Virus record (IMG/VR): IMGVR_UViG_3300020442_000006
Coordinates: 32,001-96,000 of that record
Direction: 5' to 3' (one strand)
From: a virus
Length of the DNA stretch: 64,000 nt
Shown here in pieces: positions 35,697 through 44,767 of the stretch (position 1 is the stretch's first letter; every line of letters begins with the position of its first letter). Under the pieces are notes generated by a model. The model saw only the letters and a list, made by a program, of their open reading frames with translations. It was not told the DNA's origin and did not search any database. A program made the position numbers and the translations under genes.

Positions 35697-36077
35697 TTAC
35701 CTGTTTCTGTCTGGTTGGTTCCAGTAGACTGAATGCTCGTATGTGTCTGTTGATGATGTGAAGTTAGGGGTATCGTCTCCGAAACTGATAACTCCGTCTC
35801 CGAGGGAATCGAGATCTCTCCTAATATGTCCACCATTGTTCTCTTGAATGAATCGCAAGTCAGCGGATTCTCGCAGGGTTTGTTGTCGTTCAAGTTCACA
35901 AATAACGGTGTTCAAATGTGATTGCAAATAAGATGTGTAATCAAGGTGCGTCACTTTCTGGTTCAACAGTCTCGCTAGACTGATCAACAGTTCCAAGTCC
36001 GTGTTTGATTGCTGTGTTGACAAAATCCTGTACCTCAGTTTGTGATAGTTTTGATAAAAAATTCCATTGTGGGTCAT
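35697..36077 (-). CDS. Hypothetical protein; true start probably near 36000
   Basis: ORF track; the 5' part overlaps the 35941-36180 gene. Confidence 0.5.
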   Translation of the reverse strand: MTHNGIFYQNYHKLRYRILSTQQSNTDLELLISLARLLNQKVTHLDYTSYLQSHLNTVICELERQQTLRESADLRFIQENNGGHIRRDLDSLGDGVISFGDDTPNFTSSTDTYEHSVYWNQPDRNR

Positions 36078-36180
36078 TATTGTCCCAGTCGAGAGTTACC
36101 TGACCCTCGTCATTAATTTGGATGTTAAGAGAATCCCCTGCCTTTCCCTCCTTTTTTTCGTTTGGCATCAATAACCTCAA
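35941..36180 (-). CDS. Hypothetical protein (DSLNIQIN..DWDNNDPQWNFL type)
   Basis: ORF track; probable start MPNEKK. Confidence 0.65.
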   Translation of the reverse strand: MRLLMPNEKKEGKAGDSLNIQINDEGQVTLDWDNNDPQWNFLSKLSQTEVQDFVNTAIKHGLGTVDQSSETVEPESDAP

Positions 36181-36337
36181 TGTGTGATATATGTTGATGG
36201 AAGTTCCACCAAGCGGTTTGCACTTCCTCGTAAGACTCCACTATTTTAACTGAGTTGTCTTTGCACCATATTTTATACCAATGTCTGTCATATGGCAAGT
36301 CAGACGTATTTTTGAAGAAATCAGGCAATGCGTTCAT
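36125..36337 (-). CDS. Hypothetical protein (70 aa; start MNALPDFF)
   Basis: PYDRHWYKI...YEEVQTAWW...HIEVID; the longer track start overlaps the upstream gene. Confidence 0.65.
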   Translation of the reverse strand: MNALPDFFKNTSDLPYDRHWYKIWCKDNSVKIVESYEEVQTAWWNFHQHISHIEVIDAKRKKGGKGRGFS

Positions 36338-36530
36338 AAGACCAATGGGGATCATCATCACCGTCAGACCAGATCCAGAATTCTGGATTGTGTTGCGATG
36401 ACATAAACATACGACCGTCCGCCCTCTTATCCTCAATGTTACAGATAGGGTTGCTGTTCATATGTTCAACAAATTGTTTTTTAGTTCGGTCTGATTTAGG
36501 TGTGACCTTCACCAATTTCCTCAAGGGCAT
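36321..36530 (-). CDS. Hypothetical protein (69 aa)
   Basis: ORF track; tiling with neighbours. Confidence 0.65.
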   Translation of the reverse strand: MPLRKLVKVTPKSDRTKKQFVEHMNSNPICNIEDKRADGRMFMSSQHNPEFWIWSDGDDDPHWSYERIA

Positions 36531-36738
36531 TTTCTAATTTTTGATAGAGATCATTATATTTGATACCGAGAAGTGATTCCCAGTTTTGTTGTGACCTATC
36601 GTCAAGCATTTGCATTGCTGACATACATCCCAACAGTTCTTTAGGTGTGAGTGACGTGATTTGCATTTGATTGATGTGTGTTCTTGTCCATCTTAACAGA
36701 CTTTCGTATCTTTGTTTGTAAATCTGTTCGCTGTTCAT
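36496..36738 (-). CDS. Hypothetical protein (80 aa)
   Basis: ORF track. Confidence 0.6.
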   Translation of the reverse strand: MNSEQIYKQRYESLLRWTRTHINQMQITSLTPKELLGCMSAMQMLDDRSQQNWESLLGIKYNDLYQKLENALEEIGEGHT

Positions 36739-36780
36739 AATATTTTAGAATTTCATAATATAATTCTAAATCATAATGTT

Positions 36781-37110
36781 TCATCTATCCTCCACATCGG
36801 GTAACATCTCATTTCCTGGGTGGTCATTGGTTTTTCCCTTGTAATTCTTTTTATTTTTGAAGTGTTCATCATCAATTTCAAGGTCATCCCATTGATGTTG
36901 ATAGATGCACAAACAACACTTATTAAACGGTTGTCTAGACCCTTCTGGATTGGGTTTAGTGCCAACACATAGTGTAATGTATTCTTCAGACACGAATTCA
37001 ATCGTGCCTTCGAACTGTTCAAATCTTGCAGGCATTCCTACCTCAAGTGATTTTAGTATGTTCCGTAGTTCCAAGGGAATAGACTCCGAGATAAAAAGAG
37101 GTGTGGTCAT
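36781..37110 (-). CDS. Hypothetical protein (109 aa)
   Basis: GTIEFVSEEYITLCV motif; ATGA-coupled. Confidence 0.7.
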   Translation of the reverse strand: MTTPLFISESIPLELRNILKSLEVGMPARFEQFEGTIEFVSEEYITLCVGTKPNPEGSRQPFNKCCLCIYQHQWDDLEIDDEHFKNKKNYKGKTNDHPGNEMLPDVEDR

Positions 37111-37295
37111 TCTGAGACGTGTTTCAAGTGTAGTAGATCGGCAAGTGCGTCCACTTCAGCAAGTGCGTCAGTCAGCATTTCTTTGCTGATCTGTCCTCGG
37201 TGATGTCTTCGATGTGAAGACGAAATGTACAACAGTAGTGCTTTGCGTAGGACTCCTTGTTGTTTGTCGTTAAGCATTCTGGATTTTAGGAACAT
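37107..37295 (-). CDS. Hypothetical protein (62 aa)
   Basis: ORF track; TAAATA at 37320-37325 upstream. Confidence 0.6.
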   Translation of the reverse strand: MFLKSRMLNDKQQGVLRKALLLYISSSHRRHHRGQISKEMLTDALAEVDALADLLHLKHVSE

Positions 37296-37322
37296 CGCTC
37301 CCCCAAGCGAAGATAATACTAT

Positions 37323-38042
37323 TTACAATAATGGGATGAGTGAGAATTGATCATCGGGTAGATCGGACTGGGTATGAATATCAAACCCAAGTGTAATACG
37401 AGGTGTTTCAAATTCCTCGTGAACCACCACCCTGTGTTGCCTGTCCCACCCAGGCCCAAAGTAGATATTGCCCACTTCATTCTTTATAGAATAGAGTGGT
37501 TCGCCATCTTGTCTGAACTCGGTCGTTGTGTTGTGCGGTTCAATACTAATATAACCGTGATAATCAAATTTGTGGTCGTGCCAGTTTAAGACATTGTTAG
37601 GATTATGGTAGTTCATCCAACATTGAAACCATAGTGGTTCGTCAGTCTCAAGCGTGGTGCGTACCACAGTTTGAAGATCGCGGTTCAATAACCAGAATAG
37701 CGGACTTGGGGATGTAAGTGCAAATATGTTATAGAATCGATACCCAGAATACTGATTTTTACCCCAATTCTTAATAAAATCCTCATCTTCCTTGCGTTTC
37801 TCTTCATAATTGAATAGACTAGGAAGATTGCCTAGTGTTAACCCCTGATCAGTCAGGGATGAATCGAAACCAGTAAATGTATTTTTGAACAGTCGATATG
37901 CCCTGCCCAGTTGTGTTATCATTTCTTCTTTCTCGTGGATGATACAAGGAGATCTCCATAGAGACCAGTCATCACCCTTCTCAAGTAAAGTTGCCATAGT
38001 TAGGGTTGTAAGAAGTTCTTGGGTCTGTGGGTGTTTTCTCAC
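37323..38042 (-). CDS. 2OG-Fe(II) oxygenase-like protein (probable start MATLLEK at 37997)
   Basis: WMNYH...WHDH (HxH), HRVVVH...PRITLGFDI. Confidence 0.8.
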   Translation of the reverse strand: MRKHPQTQELLTTLTMATLLEKGDDWSLWRSPCIIHEKEEMITQLGRAYRLFKNTFTGFDSSLTDQGLTLGNLPSLFNYEEKRKEDEDFIKNWGKNQYSGYRFYNIFALTSPSPLFWLLNRDLQTVVRTTLETDEPLWFQCWMNYHNPNNVLNWHDHKFDYHGYISIEPHNTTTEFRQDGEPLYSIKNEVGNIYFGPGWDRQHRVVVHEEFETPRITLGFDIHTQSDLPDDQFSLIPLL

Positions 38043-38670
38043 TCACATTTATATTTACCACTAAACGTGGTTCGTTTGTTGGATAGGATGAACTGTGAAA
38101 CAGATCTCCCTTGAAAGCAACCGCTCTGCCCTTCTTAGGGGTTACACGTTGCTTTTCTGTCCAAGTATCCTTAGATACCATTGCAGGGTACTCAAAGGCA
38201 TCCTGAGTTCTCTCATTATAGATGATTGTATCTCCATCCGTGTCATTCAGATAGTAGATCACGTTCCAAGAATTAGGGACGTAACTATCAATGTGTGGCA
38301 TTTGTACCTGATTAGAACCCATAGCAGGTACTGCATTTATTCTCATTCGTAGCAGGCATTCAGCACTCAATGCTTCACGGAACTGTAAAGCGAGTGGCAT
38401 AAAACCATTTGTAAGTGTTGAGCAATGTGATTTGTCACCATACTCAATTTCATACAAATAATGTAGGTTAGCGAACCCATTGCGGGGGTCATCAATAAAA
38501 TCAGGAATATCCGTGATTGCTTTATCTTTACGATACCAAGCAAGATCTGGATTGTTTGCACATAATAGTAACCAGTCCTGATATACTGGTGGGATAATGT
38601 TCTCAAAGACGATCACATCATCCAGTTTCTTATATGCTGTATCAAATGGATTGCTGACTGTTAGTTTCAT
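37981..38670 (-). CDS. 2OG-Fe(II) oxygenase
   Basis: MPHID, NVIYYLNDTDGDTIIY, FHSSSYP...PRLVVNINV. Confidence 0.9.
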   Translation of the reverse strand: MKLTVSNPFDTAYKKLDDVIVFENIIPPVYQDWLLLCANNPDLAWYRKDKAITDIPDFIDDPRNGFANLHYLYEIEYGDKSHCSTLTNGFMPLALQFREALSAECLLRMRINAVPAMGSNQVQMPHIDSYVPNSWNVIYYLNDTDGDTIIYNERTQDAFEYPAMVSKDTWTEKQRVTPKKGRAVAFKGDLFHSSSYPTNEPRLVVNINVSEKTPTDPRTSYNPNYGNFT

Positions 38671-39314
38671 TACGGTGCTACGTTAAATGTCAGGGTGATA
38701 CGATTGTGTTCACCATTTGTCTCATATCCGTGAGTCATATTGCTCGGGAAGATAACAATATCTCCCTCTGCTGTTGGTACGGTAGCGTCCAACAAATTAA
38801 ATGGTGTCATCCCAGTCTGTTTACATTGCATAATTGGATAGAATGTAGACTGTGTAGTTCTCTTGAACCTGAGTGGTGCGTGCTTCATCGGGTCGTAGTT
38901 AATGAAATAACAACCTGAGTACAAACAATTAGAGAACTCGTGTGGTGCATAGATTGAATTCTGTGATGCTACTTCAATGTGTGAGTCAATCAACTCCATA
39001 GTTGAGAGATCATATTGCATTGATGCTTCATTGATCTGTCTAACAGCGTCCAGAATCGTCTCCTTCACCGTTGCAAGCAAAGGATGATCCAACACATTAT
39101 TCTCTCCTATTTGCGTCACACCGTGGCATATAGACGTGTTAGGTGATTGATGTAGATCATCTTGTGAGCATTGATTGATGAAGTTAGTGATCGCGTTCTT
39201 GTCCCGTTCGTGATTCTCATTTGTGTAGTTTCCCACGGGGTTCATAAACAAACCGTACACGTTGGTTTGTTGGATGCTCTCGAAATCGTCAGATAATTCT
39301 TTAGGGGAATGCAT
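38670..39314 (-). CDS. 2OG-Fe(II) oxygenase-like protein with a degenerate first motif
   Basis: PHEFSNCLYSGCYFI, EGDIVIFPSNMTHG, RITLTFNV. Confidence 0.8.
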   Translation of the reverse strand: MHSPKELSDDFESIQQTNVYGLFMNPVGNYTNENHERDKNAITNFINQCSQDDLHQSPNTSICHGVTQIGENNVLDHPLLATVKETILDAVRQINEASMQYDLSTMELIDSHIEVASQNSIYAPHEFSNCLYSGCYFINYDPMKHAPLRFKRTTQSTFYPIMQCKQTGMTPFNLLDATVPTAEGDIVIFPSNMTHGYETNGEHNRITLTFNVAP

Positions 39315-39967
39315 TATGTGTAATAGGGTGAAGTGTTAATCATTGACTGTTCATTCTGAATCCTTTGACTCGCTGTTTCCCAAGGTGCTGCTAACATCGG
39401 ACGACCGTCCCATTTATTGTCAGCGTACCTACCATCTTGATCGACATAGGATACAAATGCCTGTATCTGTAGATCTCCCTGATACTTTGGTCTCCAATGG
39501 AAATCTTTATGTCCACGGAAGATAATCATATCACCTTGATTCATCAATAAGTCATACGATTTACCATCAATTTCTATATAAAAGGGCCAATTAGTCTCAT
39601 CCCTTGTTATACATATATTTCCGACCCATTCGCCACTTGTTCTGTCTCTGTGTCGTACCAGATTAGTGCCTTTGGTATATACTCTAGCATAACTAAATGT
39701 CTGCCATAATTTACAACCAACAGCGTCTTCAATCTGTTTTTTAATTACCTGTCCCATCGCTTCAAAACATACTGGAGAGTACATTGCGAATGCCCCTGGC
39801 ATAATGGGATCGCTTGTGGGACCTGAAGTTGTCGCTTCAATTATGTTTTTAATCATAATGAATTCGTGCTTCAAATGTTCACAAGTTTCTTGTGATAATG
39901 CATTACGAATTCGCCAAAGTTTACCCTTTGCGAACTCTTCAATTTTCTCATCAATAACCACTTCCAT
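39314..39967 (-). CDS. 2OG-Fe(II) oxygenase (prolyl-hydroxylase-like)
   Basis: TFSYARVY, RHRDR (HxD), GDMIIFRG...HWR. Confidence 0.85.
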   Translation of the reverse strand: MEVVIDEKIEEFAKGKLWRIRNALSQETCEHLKHEFIMIKNIIEATTSGPTSDPIMPGAFAMYSPVCFEAMGQVIKKQIEDAVGCKLWQTFSYARVYTKGTNLVRHRDRTSGEWVGNICITRDETNWPFYIEIDGKSYDLLMNQGDMIIFRGHKDFHWRPKYQGDLQIQAFVSYVDQDGRYADNKWDGRPMLAAPWETASQRIQNEQSMINTSPYYT

Positions 39968-39973
39968 AACCCA

Positions 39974-40633
39974 TTAATTGTTTACTAGATCGTGAGTAAT
40001 TCCGTGAAAGAATCCCACAATAGTTAGGCGTGAATCGTTGACATCATTTCCGAAGAAATCCATACCACCGTGAAACTTCCTACCATCAAAGATTAAGCAA
40101 CGATTATATCTACTTTCAATACTAATTGAAGTTTGATACATCGAATTACACTCCTCTTTATACTTTTCATATGCTGCTGCCGATTCCTCATCATCCTGAG
40201 CAAGTAATTGTTTCTTGAATTCTTCTTCGAAACCTTGCCCATTAAAATGTGGTGGCACATCGTAGATAGTTGTACCACGATTAGGTACAACACCCTCATT
40301 CAAATAGATAACCATACCTACACCTAAGTGTGGTGGGTCAGAATGAATCCATCCACGTTTGTTGTTACCATCGCATACGTGAAATGCAATATCTGCAATA
40401 TCAAATCCGATGAAAGATGGTAGATACGATACTACTTTACGACATATGATTTCGTGCAAGATAGGGTCAACTGAATCAAGGAGAGTTGATCTCTTCCCAG
40501 GCCAATTACCCTTATTGGGGTGATCATAACACCTCATATATTCTTGCTGTTTCGCTAAGTTAACGACCAACGATGGTGTCTCGAAAAAATTATCGATTAC
40601 GATGGTTGGTACATACTCCTCAACAAATCTCAT
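39974..40633 (-). CDS. 2OG-Fe(II) oxygenase-like protein
   Basis: IVIDNFFETP, NWPGKRS, WIHSD, YNRCLIFDGRKFHG, RLTIVGFF. Confidence 0.8.
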   Translation of the reverse strand: MRFVEEYVPTIVIDNFFETPSLVVNLAKQQEYMRCYDHPNKGNWPGKRSTLLDSVDPILHEIICRKVVSYLPSFIGFDIADIAFHVCDGNNKRGWIHSDPPHLGVGMVIYLNEGVVPNRGTTIYDVPPHFNGQGFEEEFKKQLLAQDDEESAAAYEKYKEECNSMYQTSISIESRYNRCLIFDGRKFHGGMDFFGNDVNDSRLTIVGFFHGITHDLVNN

Positions 40634-41343
40634 TTTCTAAACCATCTGAAAGGGCATTTCTTTTCTTTCTCTCCAAAGATAATATCCTTGGCAAGAAATG
40701 GTGTGAATTGTTTCACCGATAGACGCTTATGCATCTGTAACAGCATTTCCTGTGGTGGTGCTGCCTTGGTCAACTTGAATGACTCTCTAAGATCGCCTTC
40801 CTTATAGAATGCAAACTTATAAATTGGGTCACCTCGTTTAATTTTGACCTGTTCATTAGGATCACAAATATTGATCCCAAAAGATATAGGTCTGCACCAA
40901 TCAGATAGGTTAAACCAACCGTTTACTAGTGTATAGTTATTATTCCTACTTGTCAATGGGTAGTCTCTCGCTTCCACCCATACACCTTTCTGTTTTGTCC
41001 ACAGCAACAACTGTGGTACTGAGATCTGTAGAGTTTTGATAGGTGGTTCTAAATCTTCTACCTTGAGATATTTCTGGATTTGCTGATCATTAAATTCTTT
41101 ACACTTGACTCCACCCTCATAGATTGTGAATGTCATATCCTTCGGACTGTACATAATGAACTCACGTGAGTTCTTATGTGTCCAAGCAGGGCATTGCATA
41201 TATGGTACGAATTTATTTCCCTCGTACTCATCGATAACTTTCTTTGGTTCAATACCAATACCTTCTAAACTTAGAGGTGAATCCCAACAGTTTAGAACAT
41301 CCTGACCACCGTCATACTGATAGTAAAAGATCTCAATAGTCAT
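40630..41343 (-). CDS. Hypothetical protein (237 aa)
   Basis: QCPAW, GWFNLSDWCRPI, IKRGDPIY, CPF; shares motifs with the 42350 protein. Confidence 0.8.
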   Translation of the reverse strand: MTIEIFYYQYDGGQDVLNCWDSPLSLEGIGIEPKKVIDEYEGNKFVPYMQCPAWTHKNSREFIMYSPKDMTFTIYEGGVKCKEFNDQQIQKYLKVEDLEPPIKTLQISVPQLLLWTKQKGVWVEARDYPLTSRNNNYTLVNGWFNLSDWCRPISFGINICDPNEQVKIKRGDPIYKFAFYKEGDLRESFKLTKAAPPQEMLLQMHKRLSVKQFTPFLAKDIIFGEKEKKCPFRWFRK

Positions 41344-41866
41344 AATTAAAATTTAATGTCATTCTATTTGTAGTGGTGGTAGGGCAACTCGATGCGTGGT
41401 AAGTAGAACCATCAAAAATAACGACTTTACCCTGTTCTGGTTTTACTCTCCTAGTTTCCTTGTTTTCCTCATCAAAGAACACCGTGTCACCATCACTTGT
41501 GTTCACATAATATATTGCAGTTGTATGTTTGTTGTGTCTGTCAATGTGTGGCATATTGTATCCTGTGCCTGTTGGCAATAGGAGACCACCTTTAATCCTA
41601 TACAGTTCATAATCCTTTGTCTCTACAAATGTGAAGAGAAGAGGCATTATGATATTACAAAACTCTGAGTGAGTACCAGTCTCTGCGTCATAAAACAAAT
41701 GTGCGAACCCTTGACTCCCATTTGCATTAGGGAATCGGTTTCGCACTTCGTCTGTCTCTCTGTATGTGACATCCTTAAGATAACCCCAAGGGAATCCCAC
41801 ATCTTCCATCATTTGTTTGATTCTCATCTGATATACAGGTGGAATCACATTACGAATAATTCGCAT
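41333..41866 (-). CDS. 2OG-Fe(II) oxygenase
   Basis: MPHID, TAIYYVNTSDGDTVFF, YHASSCP...RMTLNFN. Confidence 0.9.
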   Translation of the reverse strand: MRIIRNVIPPVYQMRIKQMMEDVGFPWGYLKDVTYRETDEVRNRFPNANGSQGFAHLFYDAETGTHSEFCNIIMPLLFTFVETKDYELYRIKGGLLLPTGTGYNMPHIDRHNKHTTAIYYVNTSDGDTVFFDEENKETRRVKPEQGKVVIFDGSTYHASSCPTTTTNRMTLNFNYDY

Positions 41867-42036
41867 TAGTAACTCTGCTCACACTCCTCTAAATTTTCTT
41901 CACCACATTTCTCATATGAAATGCTGTCAGTATGATACGAATGATAAATCCTACCCCATACTACCTCGAACTCTTCCTCATTCAAGTTCTTGAATAAGAC
42001 TTTACCGTTGTAGTAAACGTGATAAGATTCTGCCAT
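41866..42036 (-). CDS. Small hypothetical protein (56 aa)
   Basis: Hand translation MAESYHVYYNGKVLFKNLNEEEFEVVWGRIYHSY...; TAATG coupling at both ends. Confidence 0.7.
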   Translation of the reverse strand: MAESYHVYYNGKVLFKNLNEEEFEVVWGRIYHSYHTDSISYEKCGEENLEECEQSY

Positions 42037-42353
42037 TAATCATCCTCCTGATTTTCTTCTGATACGTTTCCGATAATTTCCATTTCAGTATCCTCAGCGT
42101 CAAGTTCTGCCATTGGCATCCCGACTTCATCTTCCTCACCCATAATGTCTCGTTTCACAATAAAGAGAGCATCGATAGCACCCTCCAATCTAGATCTCTG
42201 AGAATATGCATCAGATCTCTTTTGAAACTCGATAGTGGTGACACCATACGGATTCAGTTTCTTGTTTGCGAAATCCGTATCGTATTTTTCAATGATCTTG
42301 TCAACTTCCTCTTTTTGCAAGTGAAAGTTTTGAATCAATTCATTAATGTTCAT
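42036..42353 (-). CDS. Hypothetical acidic protein (105 aa)
   Basis: ORF track; coupled at both ends. Confidence 0.7.
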   Translation of the reverse strand: MNINELIQNFHLQKEEVDKIIEKYDTDFANKKLNPYGVTTIEFQKRSDAYSQRSRLEGAIDALFIVKRDIMGEEDEVGMPMAELDAEDTEMEIIGNVSEENQEDD

Positions 42354-43135
42354 CGGTCAATTCCGTTACTGTGGTGTTTGATCGCCCTCATAGCACGAGC
42401 AACCTTGTGTGATACATCGTCATCATTAGGATACTCTGCCTTCAAAGAATAGTTGAAAGCATTTTCAAGATCCCAATCTTCAGTCGTTGCATTATCTATA
42501 CGAATATCATACCAACCTTTGTCAAGTGTTGCTCTGGGCATAGGTATGAACTGTGCTAGTGGTGTCCCTGCTTTGATTAGAGTTTCACCATCTAATACGT
42601 GCCAGATAAGTTGCACGTTAACTTGCATAGCAAATCTTGGATCATAGATCCCTGCAGTTGCTTCGAAACGGGACTCATTGTTCCAGTACACGGGTGTCTG
42701 CATAAAGATTAGATCGTCACTTGCTCTCACTCTCCACGGTGTTTCGAGTTTAATGATGTGTGCAAGTGAATCACGTGGACTGTCCACCAAAGGTACAGTT
42801 TGGTCAGGTGGATGATCTCCAATAAAGTTCGCGTGTCTCGTGAACATTGTAGGGATTTCATACTCATAACCAACTCCATCACCGTTTGTACGAATGATGA
42901 AATCCATTGGTGCGACTACAACATAACCCATACGAGTGATCTGTTTCAACCCTGGGCAGTTTGCCACATTCATATTTCCACGAAAGGGGCATTTCTTTTG
43001 TCGTTCTTCTTTCGACATCCAACGTCTTCTTACCGAACTCGTTGGTATCAAAGGATAGTTCTCGACCAACCCTGGTTCTAGAGAGAAGAACCTCAACCAC
43101 GGTTTCTTCTTTTTATTCCTCAGGAAGTTGAACAT
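42350..43135 (-). CDS. Hypothetical protein (start MFNFLRNK at 43135)
   Basis: NCPG, IKLETPW, IKAGTPLAQFIP; the longer track start overlaps the halogenase by 100 bp. Confidence 0.8.
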   Translation of the reverse strand: MFNFLRNKKKKPWLRFFSLEPGLVENYPLIPTSSVRRRWMSKEERQKKCPFRGNMNVANCPGLKQITRMGYVVVAPMDFIIRTNGDGVGYEYEIPTMFTRHANFIGDHPPDQTVPLVDSPRDSLAHIIKLETPWRVRASDDLIFMQTPVYWNNESRFEATAGIYDPRFAMQVNVQLIWHVLDGETLIKAGTPLAQFIPMPRATLDKGWYDIRIDNATTEDWDLENAFNYSLKAEYPNDDDVSHKVARAMRAIKHHSNGIDR

Positions 43136-44765
43136 TGTCTTCACCATAGATGTTTTCAAGTAAGAATTCATAATGTGTTGGGCATTCATCAGACTTGATA
43201 AACTCATCAACACTCTTGATATAGTCTAGACGCTCATTTCCAATATGAGTGAGTTCATCAATGTTTCCATATCCATTAAACCTAGTTCCCAATCTCAATC
43301 CCATACCTGCAGCGATGAAGTTCATACCTGCAATGTTTGCTCTGAGTGGTCTACCAAGATCAAGAATATCTCCCATCCTCTCGTACTCATCGTTCACCTT
43401 GATGTTACCATCAAACTGTTCGAGCATATACTCACATCTTTGTGATGCGTGTCTCCAATATGGATTATCAGTTCGTTTGCTCAATGCATAGTGCATTGCT
43501 ACGAAGTGACTGAACCCAATCACCTCACGTTGTGCAGCATAGTTGAACCATTGACGCTCAATACCTGATACATAACCCTGACGACGATTAAGAACATCGA
43601 CCAGTCTAAGGATATTCTCGTGAGTTGTCAACAGACCAGTGGATTCTAGTGGTTCAATGAAACCATATGACATCCCGATTGCTACACAATTCAACTCCCA
43701 CGCTTTCTCTCTATATCCGTGCTTGATGTCAATAGACTGGATTTCATACTCATCAGGTTCCAGATCGAATTCTTCATCAATCCACATCTCGAATTCCTGT
43801 CTCGCCTCATTTTCCATAGCGAAACGTGACGACCAACAGTATCCAACTCCGATCCTATCCCACAACGGAATAGTCCACATCCATCCATTATTTGCACCAC
43901 GACAGTCTGTCACATTGTGCATCTTTTCCTTACGTTGTTTCTGTGATGTGTAAGGAATGCGAGCAAAGAATGCTTTGTCGTTTGGTAGATATTTCTCGAA
44001 ACTAATATGACGTACTGCCATCATTTCCTCAATGAGTGCACCCTTAAATCCTGTGCAGTCAATGAAGAGATCGCCTTGTACCCCGATTGTCTTTTTATCT
44101 GCTGCTAGTTTTACTGCAAGTTGTTTGATGACTCTGTTACTTTGGGCGGGAGATCCACCTGCCATAACATCCTTGACCATTCCTCGTACATCACCTGTGA
44201 TGTGTGTGAATCTATCCTGTGATGCAAACGGATAGCATACATCAGTCTTCAAGTATTCTGCGAATCGATCAGCATCAATATGGTAGGCAGTATCACTAGC
44301 AAAGTCAAAATCACGAATCCTCCCATCTTCGTTACCGTATTCTTTATTATGTTCTGCCATACAGGTGTTACCTGCCAAGTAATACTTAGCAAACAACTCT
44401 GGCGGGAACTCATCAGGATATAATCTTTGAAGATCAAAGAAATCTTGAATATCGTTCTTACAATTATATAGATCTGCAGGTCCAAATGGATACTGGAATG
44501 TAGATCCCTTCTCACGGAAGTCTGTGAACTGAATACTGTTCTTATATGTTGCTCCTACCTTCGGCATCCAGTCTTCGTCTTTAAGACCAAGTGAACGCAA
44601 ATACTTATTAAACTGTCCGATAGTTGATTCACCAACTCCGACTGGTTTATGCTTCTTGGATTCGACTAGTACAACACTAATCCAAGGGCATAATTTCAAT
44701 AGTGCTGCTGCTGTCATCCATCCAGATGACCCACCGCCAACCACTACAACATTGTTAACTTGCAT
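43113..44765 (-). CDS. prnA: Flavin-dependent (tryptophan-halogenase family) halogenase 1
   Basis: GGGSSG FAD motif, VGEST, ATYK (catalytic Lys), AYHIDA, FIDCTGF, WMWTIP (WxWxIP), FIEPLESTG. Confidence 0.92.
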   Translation of the reverse strand: MQVNNVVVVGGGSSGWMTAAALLKLCPWISVVLVESKKHKPVGVGESTIGQFNKYLRSLGLKDEDWMPKVGATYKNSIQFTDFREKGSTFQYPFGPADLYNCKNDIQDFFDLQRLYPDEFPPELFAKYYLAGNTCMAEHNKEYGNEDGRIRDFDFASDTAYHIDADRFAEYLKTDVCYPFASQDRFTHITGDVRGMVKDVMAGGSPAQSNRVIKQLAVKLAADKKTIGVQGDLFIDCTGFKGALIEEMMAVRHISFEKYLPNDKAFFARIPYTSQKQRKEKMHNVTDCRGANNGWMWTIPLWDRIGVGYCWSSRFAMENEARQEFEMWIDEEFDLEPDEYEIQSIDIKHGYREKAWELNCVAIGMSYGFIEPLESTGLLTTHENILRLVDVLNRRQGYVSGIERQWFNYAAQREVIGFSHFVAMHYALSKRTDNPYWRHASQRCEYMLEQFDGNIKVNDEYERMGDILDLGRPLRANIAGMNFIAAGMGLRLGTRFNGYGNIDELTHIGNERLDYIKSVDEFIKSDECPTHYEFLLENIYGEDNVQLPEE

Positions 44766-44767
44766 AA

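Noticed and set aside
35687-35899. 70-aa ORF MNLNDNKPCENP...
   Set aside because: Fully overlaps the more plausible 35697-36077 frame and has no supporting motif.
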